A stretch of 64,000 bases of DNA, taken from Candidatus Shapirobacteria bacterium. Lineage in GTDB: Bacteria; Patescibacteriota; Microgenomatia; UBA12405. The number at the start of each line of letters is the position of its first letter. The first letter of the stretch is position 1. The stretch spans positions 350,679 to 414,678 of the forward strand of contig JAQWEN010000001.1 of NCBI GenBank assembly GCA_028704885.1. Direction: 5' to 3'. Made by a program: the position numbers and the translations under genes. Below are positions 1 through 7,112 of this stretch, piece after piece. Under the pieces are notes generated by a model. It was given only the letters and a program-made list of their open reading frames with translations, searched no databases and was not told where the DNA came from.

Positions 1-124
1 CGGGAAAATCCCATTCGTTGTCATAATATTCTCTCTTTTGGGTTAAGAGAATTTTATTTTCTTTATTTACTATTACAGCAGTAGTACTTTTACGATAGTT
101 AAGAGTATTTCTATCTATAGTCAT
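1..124 (-). CDS. NUDIX hydrolase, partial (only the N-terminus is inside the window)
   Basis: Reverse translation from the ATG at 124 reads MTIDRNTLNYRKSTTAVIVNKENKILLTQKREYYDNEWDFP, which is a NUDIX-like N-terminus; the gene runs off the window edge. Confidence 0.4.
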   Translation of the reverse strand, partial: MTIDRNTLNYRKSTTAVIVNKENKILLTQKREYYDNEWDFP

Positions 125-195
125 AATTTATTTTATCATTGAGTCTATTAAATAAATTCCAAGTTCGGCCCACACTGTCCGCTTAGTATAAATTA

Positions 196-218
196 ATCCC
201 CTGTTTAGGGGATTTTTT
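196..218 (+). terminator. Hairpin ATCCCC-tgttta-GGGGAT followed by a T5 run, immediately upstream of the 220 start codon
   Basis: Stem/loop/T-run read directly; no upstream plus-strand gene exists in the window, so its role (terminator vs attenuator) is unclear. Confidence 0.3.
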
Positions 219-219
219 A

Positions 220-930
220 ATGGTGATAGAATTGGTTATGAAAAATAAATTACCAGAGTATTTAGGTGAATTATTAAAGAAAATTTGGGAAGAGTCGAAG
301 CCGGTGTCGATTTTTGTTTATGGTTCGATGGTTAGGGATGATTTTGAAAATGATAGTGATTATGAGATTGGAATTGTTTATGAAAAAGATAAAAAATGGT
401 CAAGGCAGCAATTAAAAGATTTACATAATTATGAAAATGTAAAAATTTATCCTTTCGTTTTGGAAGAATTAGAAAGTGGTGAAATCGATACACCGTTTCC
501 AAAAGCGATTTACTTAAAAACTTTATTAAAAAGTAATTTGGTTGTTTATGGTAAAAAATTAGAAGAAATTATAAAAGAGGTAAAAATAGAAAAAGAAGAT
601 TTGATTGAATCGGTGGGTTTTTGTTTAGGTAGAGCATATTCAGCCGTTGTATCGTCTAGACAAAATGACTGGGTGGCAGTGAGAGATTCTTTTACAAAAT
701 CAGCATTATATGGTTTACAAATATTAATTTATATAAAGACTGGGAAATTAGTGTTTTCATATAAAGAAATTCAAGAAAAATCCAAAGATTTAATATCAGA
801 AGAATATAAAGAATTAATTAATCACGTAGTTGAAGTTAGAAAAGGAAATGTGGCGATTCAAAATCCCCTACTTTATAAAAACATTAGTTTCTTAAATAAA
901 GTGGTTTTAAAGGAAATAAAATCTATTTAA
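220..930 (+). CDS. Nucleotidyltransferase-domain protein (Pol-beta superfamily; Lnu/ANT-like architecture)
   Basis: YGSMVRDDFENDSDYEIGIVY matches the GS-x9-13-D-x-D/E minimal NTase motif and is followed by a helical C-domain. An alternative ATG start lies at 238. Confidence 0.5.
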   Translation: MVIELVMKNKLPEYLGELLKKIWEESKPVSIFVYGSMVRDDFENDSDYEIGIVYEKDKKWSRQQLKDLHNYENVKIYPFVLEELESGEIDTPFPKAIYLKTLLKSNLVVYGKKLEEIIKEVKIEKEDLIESVGFCLGRAYSAVVSSRQNDWVAVRDSFTKSALYGLQILIYIKTGKLVFSYKEIQEKSKDLISEEYKELINHVVEVRKGNVAIQNPLLYKNISFLNKVVLKEIKSI

Positions 931-1438
931 TTGATTTTTGGATCAGGGAAGTTAGTTTTTCACGGACTTTGTCGAGAGGTTTTTCGGTGACAAAGGCAAT
1001 TTCACTGGTAAGATGTTTTAAAATTGATTCTAAAATTTCTTTATTGGTTCGAGAGAAAGCTTCGGCAACTTTTTCTTTTTCTAAAAACAATTGTTTTAGA
1101 ATAATCAAACTTTTACCTGGATCATTTTGATACAAAGTTTCTTTAATTAATTTGTAATCAAGAATAGCTTCCTTGTCGATTTTTTCTTCAGCTTCTTTAT
1201 ATAGTTTTTTGACAACATCTTGGTTGATTAAAGGTCTAAGACCGCTTTTATAGATATTTCCGGTTGGAGTGGAATAAGTAGTTACATTTTGATTAGTAAC
1301 TTCGATTGGTTGATAGAAAAAATAAGAAAGAGTTTTTCCAGAACAATCTTGTTGATCTTTTTGACTGGAAATTTGATAAATATTTTCAAAATCGATAATA
1401 TAATCCCCAACTGAAAAAAGGTTTTTAACTTCTGTCAT
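923..1438 (-). CDS. CarD/CdnL-like RNA polymerase-binding regulator (tentative)
   Basis: About 170 aa; the N-terminus LFSVGDYIIDF...TLSYFFYQPIE resembles the CarD N-terminal Tudor-like domain and is followed by a helical C-terminus. Confidence 0.4.
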   Translation of the reverse strand: MTEVKNLFSVGDYIIDFENIYQISSQKDQQDCSGKTLSYFFYQPIEVTNQNVTTYSTPTGNIYKSGLRPLINQDVVKKLYKEAEEKIDKEAILDYKLIKETLYQNDPGKSLIILKQLFLEKEKVAEAFSRTNKEILESILKHLTSEIAFVTEKPLDKVREKLTSLIQKSIK

Positions 1439-1541
1439 AAAATTTAGTAAATGTCACAAAAAATAAGCGCAAATTATCTTTAGACCGATAAATGTAACTT
1501 AGATTATAGCAGAAATTAGCTTTAATTACTTGATTTTGCTT

Positions 1542-2153
1542 TTATTCTAAAATGCCATCAAGGTTGACGTCGTAGATTATTTCTTCAGAAATTAATCTGA
1601 ATTGAATAATTTCTTTTTTATCAAACCAAATAGGAATTTCTTTTGAAGCTTCATCAACATTACCGGATGAGTGAATAATATTTCGAACTGCACGACTGTC
1701 GATGTCGGAAGCGGTATAAGAATCGATAGTGTAATCGCCGCGAATAGTTCCCGGAGCGGAAGATAGAGGTTCGGTGGAACCAGTGATTTTTCTGACGACA
1801 GCAACTGCCCCCATTCCCTGCCAGACCATGGCCACAACTGGTCCACTACTCATAAAATCGGTAAGTTTTCTTCTGATACCTTCAGCAAATTCAATAGGAT
1901 TTTTGCCTGGCATTGGCAAACCTTTTGATTGATATGATTCAAAAGTTTTAGTGCCAGTTTTGATGGCCCAATCTGGATCAATAGAATAATGTCTTAAAGT
2001 TTGATCTTTGGTGGGGATAAGCATTTTTAAGGCCACTAATTTAAGACCACAAGCTTCATATCTTTTAATAACTTCACCAATTAAACCTCTTTGAACGCCA
2101 TCTGGTTTAACAATGACTAAAGTTTGTTCTTGTTTATTATCAAAGTTTTTCAT
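1542..2153 (-). CDS. ndk: Nucleoside diphosphate kinase with an extended C-terminus
   Basis: TLVIVKPDGVQRGLIGEVIKRYEACGLKLVALK is the classic NDK N-terminus; at 203 aa it is longer than the typical ~140 aa. Confidence 0.85.
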   Translation of the reverse strand: MKNFDNKQEQTLVIVKPDGVQRGLIGEVIKRYEACGLKLVALKMLIPTKDQTLRHYSIDPDWAIKTGTKTFESYQSKGLPMPGKNPIEFAEGIRRKLTDFMSSGPVVAMVWQGMGAVAVVRKITGSTEPLSSAPGTIRGDYTIDSYTASDIDSRAVRNIIHSSGNVDEASKEIPIWFDKKEIIQFRLISEEIIYDVNLDGILE

Positions 2154-2205
2154 ATTGGCCTATTTTCTCTAAATTGATTTAAATAATCAAGTCGTAGTTA
2201 AATAT

Positions 2206-2234
2206 TTGAATATATTGATGGTTATCGATATAAT
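2206..2234 (+). promoter_or_regulatory. sigma70-like promoter: TTGAAT, 17-nt spacer, TATAAT, ending 6 nt before the arsR-family ATG (leaderless-type)
   Basis: The -35 is at 2206-2211, the -10 at 2229-2234 and the ATG at 2241. Confidence 0.4.
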
Positions 2235-2240
2235 ACGTTC

Positions 2241-2543
2241 ATGGACAAAATCTTTAAAGCAATGGCTGATATTAATAGAAGAAAAATTTTAACTCTGTTG
2301 AAAAATGGAGAAATGTCGGTAAATGAGTTGTTAAAAAATTTTGAAATAACTCAGGCAACTTTATCAAATCATTTATCAATTTTAAGAAAAGCCAAATTGG
2401 TAGAAAATCGAATTTTGGGAAAACAGAGAATTTATAGGTTGAATGTTGAATTACTTAGAACTTTTGCTAAAAATATAGACAAATTTGTCGGAAATTTTGC
2501 GGAAAATATTTCTAATGATATAGAAATTAGATCAAGAAAGTAA
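2241..2543 (+). CDS. ArsR/SmtB-family HTH transcriptional regulator
   Basis: INRRKILTLL...MSVNELL...ITQATLSNHLSILRKAKLV...RIYRL is a typical ArsR winged helix. Confidence 0.8.
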   Translation: MDKIFKAMADINRRKILTLLKNGEMSVNELLKNFEITQATLSNHLSILRKAKLVENRILGKQRIYRLNVELLRTFAKNIDKFVGNFAENISNDIEIRSRK

Positions 2544-2622
2544 TACCTGGATTGACTATTTTAGATTTGAGTTGTATTTTATTATAAGTCAGCAAAATTT
2601 ATTAATTGCTGTTTATATATAT

Positions 2623-3195
2623 ATGTTTTTAATTAAAGCAGGTAAAAAATATATTAAATCTTCGGAAGAATTGGTAAGTATGTTATTAGGTTTAGCAATC
2701 GTAATAGTGGTGGTTTCTCTAATTTTTAATTTTGTTCAAAAAAAGAAAGGGACAGTGGAAATTCCAGGGGCAACAGATATAAGTTTGTCAGAACAAGCAA
2801 CGAAAGATAAACAAGAAAGTGAAGGAATTTATGTTGTCGAAAAAGGAGATAATTTGTGGAAAATTGCTGAGAAAAAATATAATGATGGTTATGCTTGGAC
2901 AAAAATTGCCAAAGAAAATAATCTTAAAAATGCTTCAATTATTAGTGTTGGTCAAAAATTAAAAATGCCGGTTGTAGAAGTTAAAACGACAATTGCGGCA
3001 GCGACAAATGATTCTGGTAATAAAATTGAGGCTGGTGAATATAAAGTAGTTAGAAATGATAATTTATGGAAAATTGCAGTCAGGGCTTATGGTGATGGAT
3101 ATAAGTGGACTAATATTTATCAGGAAAATAAGGCAAAACTTAATAGTGCTAATTTGTTGGAAATTGGGATGGTCTTAAATATTCCAAAGCTATAG
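2623..3195 (+). CDS. Membrane-anchored protein with two LysM peptidoglycan-binding domains
   Basis: Two LysM repeats (YVVEKGDNLWKIAEKKYNDGYAWTKIAKEN; YKVVRNDNLWKIAVRAYGDGYKWTNIYQEN) follow a TM helix. Start ambiguous: TTG at 2572, first ATG at 2623, next ATG at 2680. Confidence 0.7.
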   Translation: MFLIKAGKKYIKSSEELVSMLLGLAIVIVVVSLIFNFVQKKKGTVEIPGATDISLSEQATKDKQESEGIYVVEKGDNLWKIAEKKYNDGYAWTKIAKENNLKNASIISVGQKLKMPVVEVKTTIAAATNDSGNKIEAGEYKVVRNDNLWKIAVRAYGDGYKWTNIYQENKAKLNSANLLEIGMVLNIPKL

Positions 3196-3215
3196 ACGTG
3201 ATAAAATAAGCCGTT

Positions 3216-3286
3216 GCGGCTATAGTTTAGTGGTAAAACGAATCCTTCCCAAGGATTAATCGAGAGTCCGATTCCCTCTAGCCGCT
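3216..3286 (+). tRNA. tRNA-Gly (anticodon CCC)
   Basis: Hand-folded cloverleaf: acceptor GCGGCTA/TAGCCGC, D-arm GTTT/AAAC, anticodon stem AATCC/GGATT with loop TTCCCAA. The T-arm has one A-C mismatch and a non-canonical loop. CCA is not encoded. Confidence 0.55.
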
Positions 3287-3291
3287 CACAG

Positions 3292-3364
3292 GCCGAAGTA
3301 GCTCAGTTGGTAGAGCATAGCTTTCGTAAAGCTGGGGTCGGGAGTTCGACTCTCCCCTTCGGCT
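3292..3364 (+). tRNA. tRNA-Thr (anticodon CGT)
   Basis: Acceptor GCCGAAG/CTTCGGC, TA, D-arm GCTC..GAGC, anticodon loop TTCGTAA, T-arm GGGAG-TTCGACT-CTCCC, discriminator T. CCA is not encoded. Confidence 0.75.
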
Positions 3365-3397
3365 CATGAAACCCACCTGTCTCGCAACCGCGGGATA

Positions 3398-3419
3398 CCC
3401 TTTCTTGAAAAAAGAAGGG
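3398..3419 (+). terminator. Hairpin (CCCTTTC...GAAGGG) downstream of the tRNA pair
   Basis: Imperfect stem-loop read directly, followed by a T-rich stretch. Confidence 0.35.
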
Positions 3420-3448
3420 AGTTTATTAATGTATAATAAACAAAGTTT

Positions 3449-4165
3449 ATGACAGATTTTAAAAGATCAAGATTAGAAAGAAAAAAAGAGGAACAAATAA
3501 CTAAAAAAACAGTTTTTTTGGGGTTTTTAACTGTATTAGTTTTTGTTTTAATTATTGTTTTTGGATTGCCATTTTTAATTAATTTTTCTATTTTTTTAGG
3601 TAATACAAAAAGTAAAAAAGATACAACAAATGAAAATGTTTTACCGCCAATGGCACCAAGGTTAGTGGTTCCTTTTGAAGCAACCAATAGTAGTAAAATT
3701 CAAATTGATGGTTTTGCTGAAACTGGATCTGCGGTTGAATTACTTAAAAATGATGAATCGGTTGGAAGAGTTGATGTGACTGAAAATGGTGATTTTTCTT
3801 TTGAAAATATTGAGCTAAGTGAAGGAGAAAATAATTTTTCAGCTGTGGCAATTAAAGATAAAAGTGGCAGTAGTGAAGTTTCTAAAGAAGTAACTGTTGT
3901 TTTTGATAATAAGGTGCCAGAACTAACGATGACTAATCCAGTCGAAGCAAGTTTAACTGTTGATTATGCTGATCTTGATATTATTGGAAAAAGTGAAAAA
4001 GGAGTTAGTGTTTTGGTAAATAATAGAGTGGCGACGGTTGATAACGATGGAAATTTTAAAATAAAGATACAATTAAATGCAGGTAAAAATGATGTTGAAA
4101 TAATAGTTAGAGATGAAGCCTTGAATGAGACTAGAAAGAAAATAACTATTACTTATGATATTTAA
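3449..4165 (+). CDS. Membrane-anchored extracytoplasmic protein with Ig-like beta domains
   Basis: N-terminal TM (FLGFLTVLVFVLIIVFGLPFLI), then beta-rich repeats (VDVTENGDFSFENIELSEGENNFSAV; GNFKIKIQLNAGKNDVEIIVRD). A TGTATAAT element lies 11 nt upstream. Confidence 0.45.
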   Translation: MTDFKRSRLERKKEEQITKKTVFLGFLTVLVFVLIIVFGLPFLINFSIFLGNTKSKKDTTNENVLPPMAPRLVVPFEATNSSKIQIDGFAETGSAVELLKNDESVGRVDVTENGDFSFENIELSEGENNFSAVAIKDKSGSSEVSKEVTVVFDNKVPELTMTNPVEASLTVDYADLDIIGKSEKGVSVLVNNRVATVDNDGNFKIKIQLNAGKNDVEIIVRDEALNETRKKITITYDI

Positions 4166-5238
4166 AGAAAGATAAAGAAAAGAAGAATCCAGGGATATAA
4201 AAGAGAGTTGGCAAAAATAGAATGTAATAACAGGGAAATAAGAATTGTTTTGATAACTAAATTACCACTAATGAATACCTTTTTAAGGCCTAGAAGGAAA
4301 AGAATCAGTCCAATTATGCCACTGGTGGTTAAAATGGTCATTAACGAACCGTCGAAGCCTGAATTGGCATGAGAGTTTTGATTTTTAATTTGACGAACGT
4401 AAAAAAGATTATTGTAGCCATGACCAACAATTGGCGATTTAAGAAAAATATTAAATCCTTCCTTATAATTTTCAACCTTAGCGGTGATAGAGGAAGTTCT
4501 TTCGAGTTTCGTCCCCTCGCCTTCGAATCGAGGCAATAAAAAAATAGTAGAGAAAATTAAAAGTGAACTTAAAATAAAAATTTTAAGATTTTTCTTTTGA
4601 TAGGCAATGAAAGTGAAGGCGACAAAAAAACAAAGATAACTGGAGCGGCTGTAGGTTAGAGCTAAGGCTAGATAGGAAATTATTAAAACGGGAATTCTAA
4701 GTGGAAATTTTTTATCCAAAAAAACAATAATAATTAAAAATAAATAAATTAAGGCAGTGAAAGTTGGATCAAAAAAAGTACTAACTAATCGGTACAAATG
4801 AGGATCCCAACTTAGAGATTTAAAGCTGGTGAAGTCTGGCCAGAAAAAATATTGAACTAAACCAAAAATTACATTACTAAACAGGCCTAGATAAGATATT
4901 TTTTTTATTTTTTCATCGAGTTTTGGTGGAAAAATAAAGAATGAGAGTAAAAAAGTTAGACGAAATAAATATAAAATTGGCTTGATTAGATCAAAATGAT
5001 AGCGGAAATAATTAAAAACAAAACTAAACCAAGCAAAGATTAAAAAATATAATAAATATTTATTTTTTACCTTAAAATCCTTGTTTTTAATTTTTTGAAA
5101 AATGTTTAAACAAAAAATGAGGCCAATAAAAATATCAATTACAGGAAAAGAAATACCTTTTAGTTCGATTCTTAACAATTGGCCAAAGAAAAAAACAACA
5201 ATTGTGGATAAATAAACTAGTGATGTGACAAATGCCAT
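4162..5238 (-). CDS. O-antigen ligase/polymerase-like polytopic membrane protein (Wzy_C-like)
   Basis: Multi-TM protein; LALALTYSRSSYLCFFVAF and IVGHGYNNLF resemble Wzy_C motifs. Confidence 0.5.
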   Translation of the reverse strand: MAFVTSLVYLSTIVVFFFGQLLRIELKGISFPVIDIFIGLIFCLNIFQKIKNKDFKVKNKYLLYFLIFAWFSFVFNYFRYHFDLIKPILYLFRLTFLLSFFIFPPKLDEKIKKISYLGLFSNVIFGLVQYFFWPDFTSFKSLSWDPHLYRLVSTFFDPTFTALIYLFLIIIVFLDKKFPLRIPVLIISYLALALTYSRSSYLCFFVAFTFIAYQKKNLKIFILSSLLIFSTIFLLPRFEGEGTKLERTSSITAKVENYKEGFNIFLKSPIVGHGYNNLFYVRQIKNQNSHANSGFDGSLMTILTTSGIIGLILFLLGLKKVFISGNLVIKTILISLLLHSIFANSLLYPWILLFFIFL

Positions 5239-5993
5239 AGTTTAGCTCGGACTAAAAATGAATGAAAACTCATGCCAAGAGCCATAATAATACCAGCAGT
5301 GCCATCTAAGAAGCCAAATCTAATAAAGTAATCTTGAATAAATTTAGCTTTAGGGTAAAAAATTATTTGAAATAAACTGCCTTTTTGATTTTGATCAAAT
5401 AATTCTTGGGCTCGAATATCAGAATAAAAATTTAATTTTTTAATGAATCCTTTTAGTGATTGATGGGGATAATGATGGATATGGATTTTTTGTGATTGAA
5501 TTTCCTCTGGGGTTTGCCAGATTTCATGAACTGCGCCGGTAAAACGGCCATATTTTTTATTGAAAAATCTTAAGAAGTATTGATGAGCGTTTTCGCCGTG
5601 TTTTAGTTCGTGGCCAATAAAAACATCATTCCTTTTAAAAGCATAGTTTTTATATTGAAGATTATCGATATGGTTTAAAAATCGGATTAACTTCGTGCTT
5701 GGTTTTTCATCGGCGTCGAGCCAAAGAATCCAGTTATTGGTAGTTTTGGTGATACCAAAATTGCGTTGGTTGGAAAAATTATTATCCAATCCCCTCTCAA
5801 AAATTTTAACTTTAATTCTTTTTGATTCGAGCTTTTTTAAAATTTCTACAGTTTTGTCATCAGAATTATCATCAATGACAATAATTTCATTAACTCTTTT
5901 GGTCTTATCAAGCCAAGTCCAATATTTAAGAAGATTTTTTTCTTCGTTGTGGGTGAGAAGAAGAATGGATATGTGTCGATGTTTTTTAATCAT
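5217..5993 (-). CDS. Glycosyltransferase family 2
   Basis: HISILLLTHNEEKNL...IIVIDDNSDDKT plus DADE (DxD) motif. Confidence 0.8.
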   Translation of the reverse strand: MIKKHRHISILLLTHNEEKNLLKYWTWLDKTKRVNEIIVIDDNSDDKTVEILKKLESKRIKVKIFERGLDNNFSNQRNFGITKTTNNWILWLDADEKPSTKLIRFLNHIDNLQYKNYAFKRNDVFIGHELKHGENAHQYFLRFFNKKYGRFTGAVHEIWQTPEEIQSQKIHIHHYPHQSLKGFIKKLNFYSDIRAQELFDQNQKGSLFQIIFYPKAKFIQDYFIRFGFLDGTAGIIMALGMSFHSFLVRAKLWHLSHH

Positions 5994-7077
5994 GGTTTAT
6001 ATGTCTATTATAGTATTCTAAAATCTTATTTGTAGTATATTTCCAATCGATTGTATTTATTTGATAAAAAGTTAATTCTTTTTGGCTTAATATTTGTTTA
6101 AGTATTTTTTTAGCTTCGTATACATCTGAATATAAATATCCATTTATTCCATTTTTAATTATTTCTGGTGTTCCACCTTCATTTTTACCTAAAACAAGGC
6201 AATTATTTGATGTAGATTCCAAAGTTGTAATTCCAAAGGGTTCACTTTGATTGTTTGCCAAATAAATTGAATAATTTTTATAATAATTATCTTTTTCTTT
6301 ATTATTTTCTGTTTTGGCTATATTTAAAGAAATATTGTTTTGCTTAGCCAAATTAAATATTTTTTGAGATTCATTTGTTTCTCTTCCTAATATCGTAATT
6401 TTATTAACAATATTATTTAATTGCTCTATTGAAAAATCATGGCCTTTTAATTTTGAAAATAATCCTACGGATAATATTTTTTTATTATTTTTAATTGTTA
6501 TTTTTTTTGGTGTAATTGGTTTTAATCCAGGATAAATTATTGTTGAACTTTTTTTATAGTTTTTTAATAAATTATTGGCGGTAAAAATTGAGTTAGAAAT
6601 AATATTTTTAGCTGACTTACAGTTTTTTTTGTCAATATATTTTATTGGTAATCTTATTAACCGAGTAATTATCTTTTTAATTGACCAATAATCAAAAGAA
6701 GTTTGTTCATAAAACTCTCTTTTTGGTTCCTGGAAAAAATAAATATTTTTTTCATTTTTAAGGAATCTAAGAATATATGGTGATTGTGTTAATAAACATG
6801 GATGAATAAGAACAAGATCATAATTATTTTTATCTATATCTTGTGCTATATTTTTATTTATTTTTTTTAATTCAAAAATTATTTGAAATAAATCTTGAAA
6901 GATATTATTTGTTTTTTTAAAGTTATAAATGAAAAAATTATTTACTAATTTTTTTGAAATATTTTTTTGAAAACAATAAACATCTATTTTATTGTATTTT
7001 CTGAGGAATTTAATCGACTCTATTATTGAATTTAAAGCTCCCCCTTTTTCCAAATTATAATATATTGCAATTTTCAT
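5986..7077 (-). CDS. Glycosyltransferase family 4 (GT1 superfamily)
   Basis: C-terminal EPFGITTLESTSNNCLVLGKNEGGTPEIIKNGINGYL is a GT4 nucleotide-sugar motif. The gene is extremely AT-rich and N/K-rich. Confidence 0.7.
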   Translation of the reverse strand: MKIAIYYNLEKGGALNSIIESIKFLRKYNKIDVYCFQKNISKKLVNNFFIYNFKKTNNIFQDLFQIIFELKKINKNIAQDIDKNNYDLVLIHPCLLTQSPYILRFLKNEKNIYFFQEPKREFYEQTSFDYWSIKKIITRLIRLPIKYIDKKNCKSAKNIISNSIFTANNLLKNYKKSSTIIYPGLKPITPKKITIKNNKKILSVGLFSKLKGHDFSIEQLNNIVNKITILGRETNESQKIFNLAKQNNISLNIAKTENNKEKDNYYKNYSIYLANNQSEPFGITTLESTSNNCLVLGKNEGGTPEIIKNGINGYLYSDVYEAKKILKQILSQKELTFYQINTIDWKYTTNKILEYYNRHINHD

Positions 7078-7112
7078 ATTGATTTATTTGTTAATATAAC
7101 TACTATTAGTGT

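Noticed and set aside
1592-1846. 84-aa minus-strand ORF inside ndk in another frame
   Set aside because: Nested in the ndk coding sequence; no support.
2572-2622. Upstream TTG start for the LysM protein
   Set aside because: A TTG start with no SD adds a second hydrophobic stretch; the first ATG (2623) gives a conventional K-rich N-region plus signal-anchor, so the shorter form is preferred but not proven.
3364-3687. 107-aa minus-strand ORF overlapping the tRNA-Thr 3' end and the 3449 gene
   Set aside because: Antisense to a better-supported CDS and to tRNA sequence; low-complexity K/N-rich translation typical of AT-rich antisense frames.
5695-6021. 108-aa plus-strand ORF
   Set aside because: Antisense to the GT2 gene (5217-5993), which has clear GT2 motifs.
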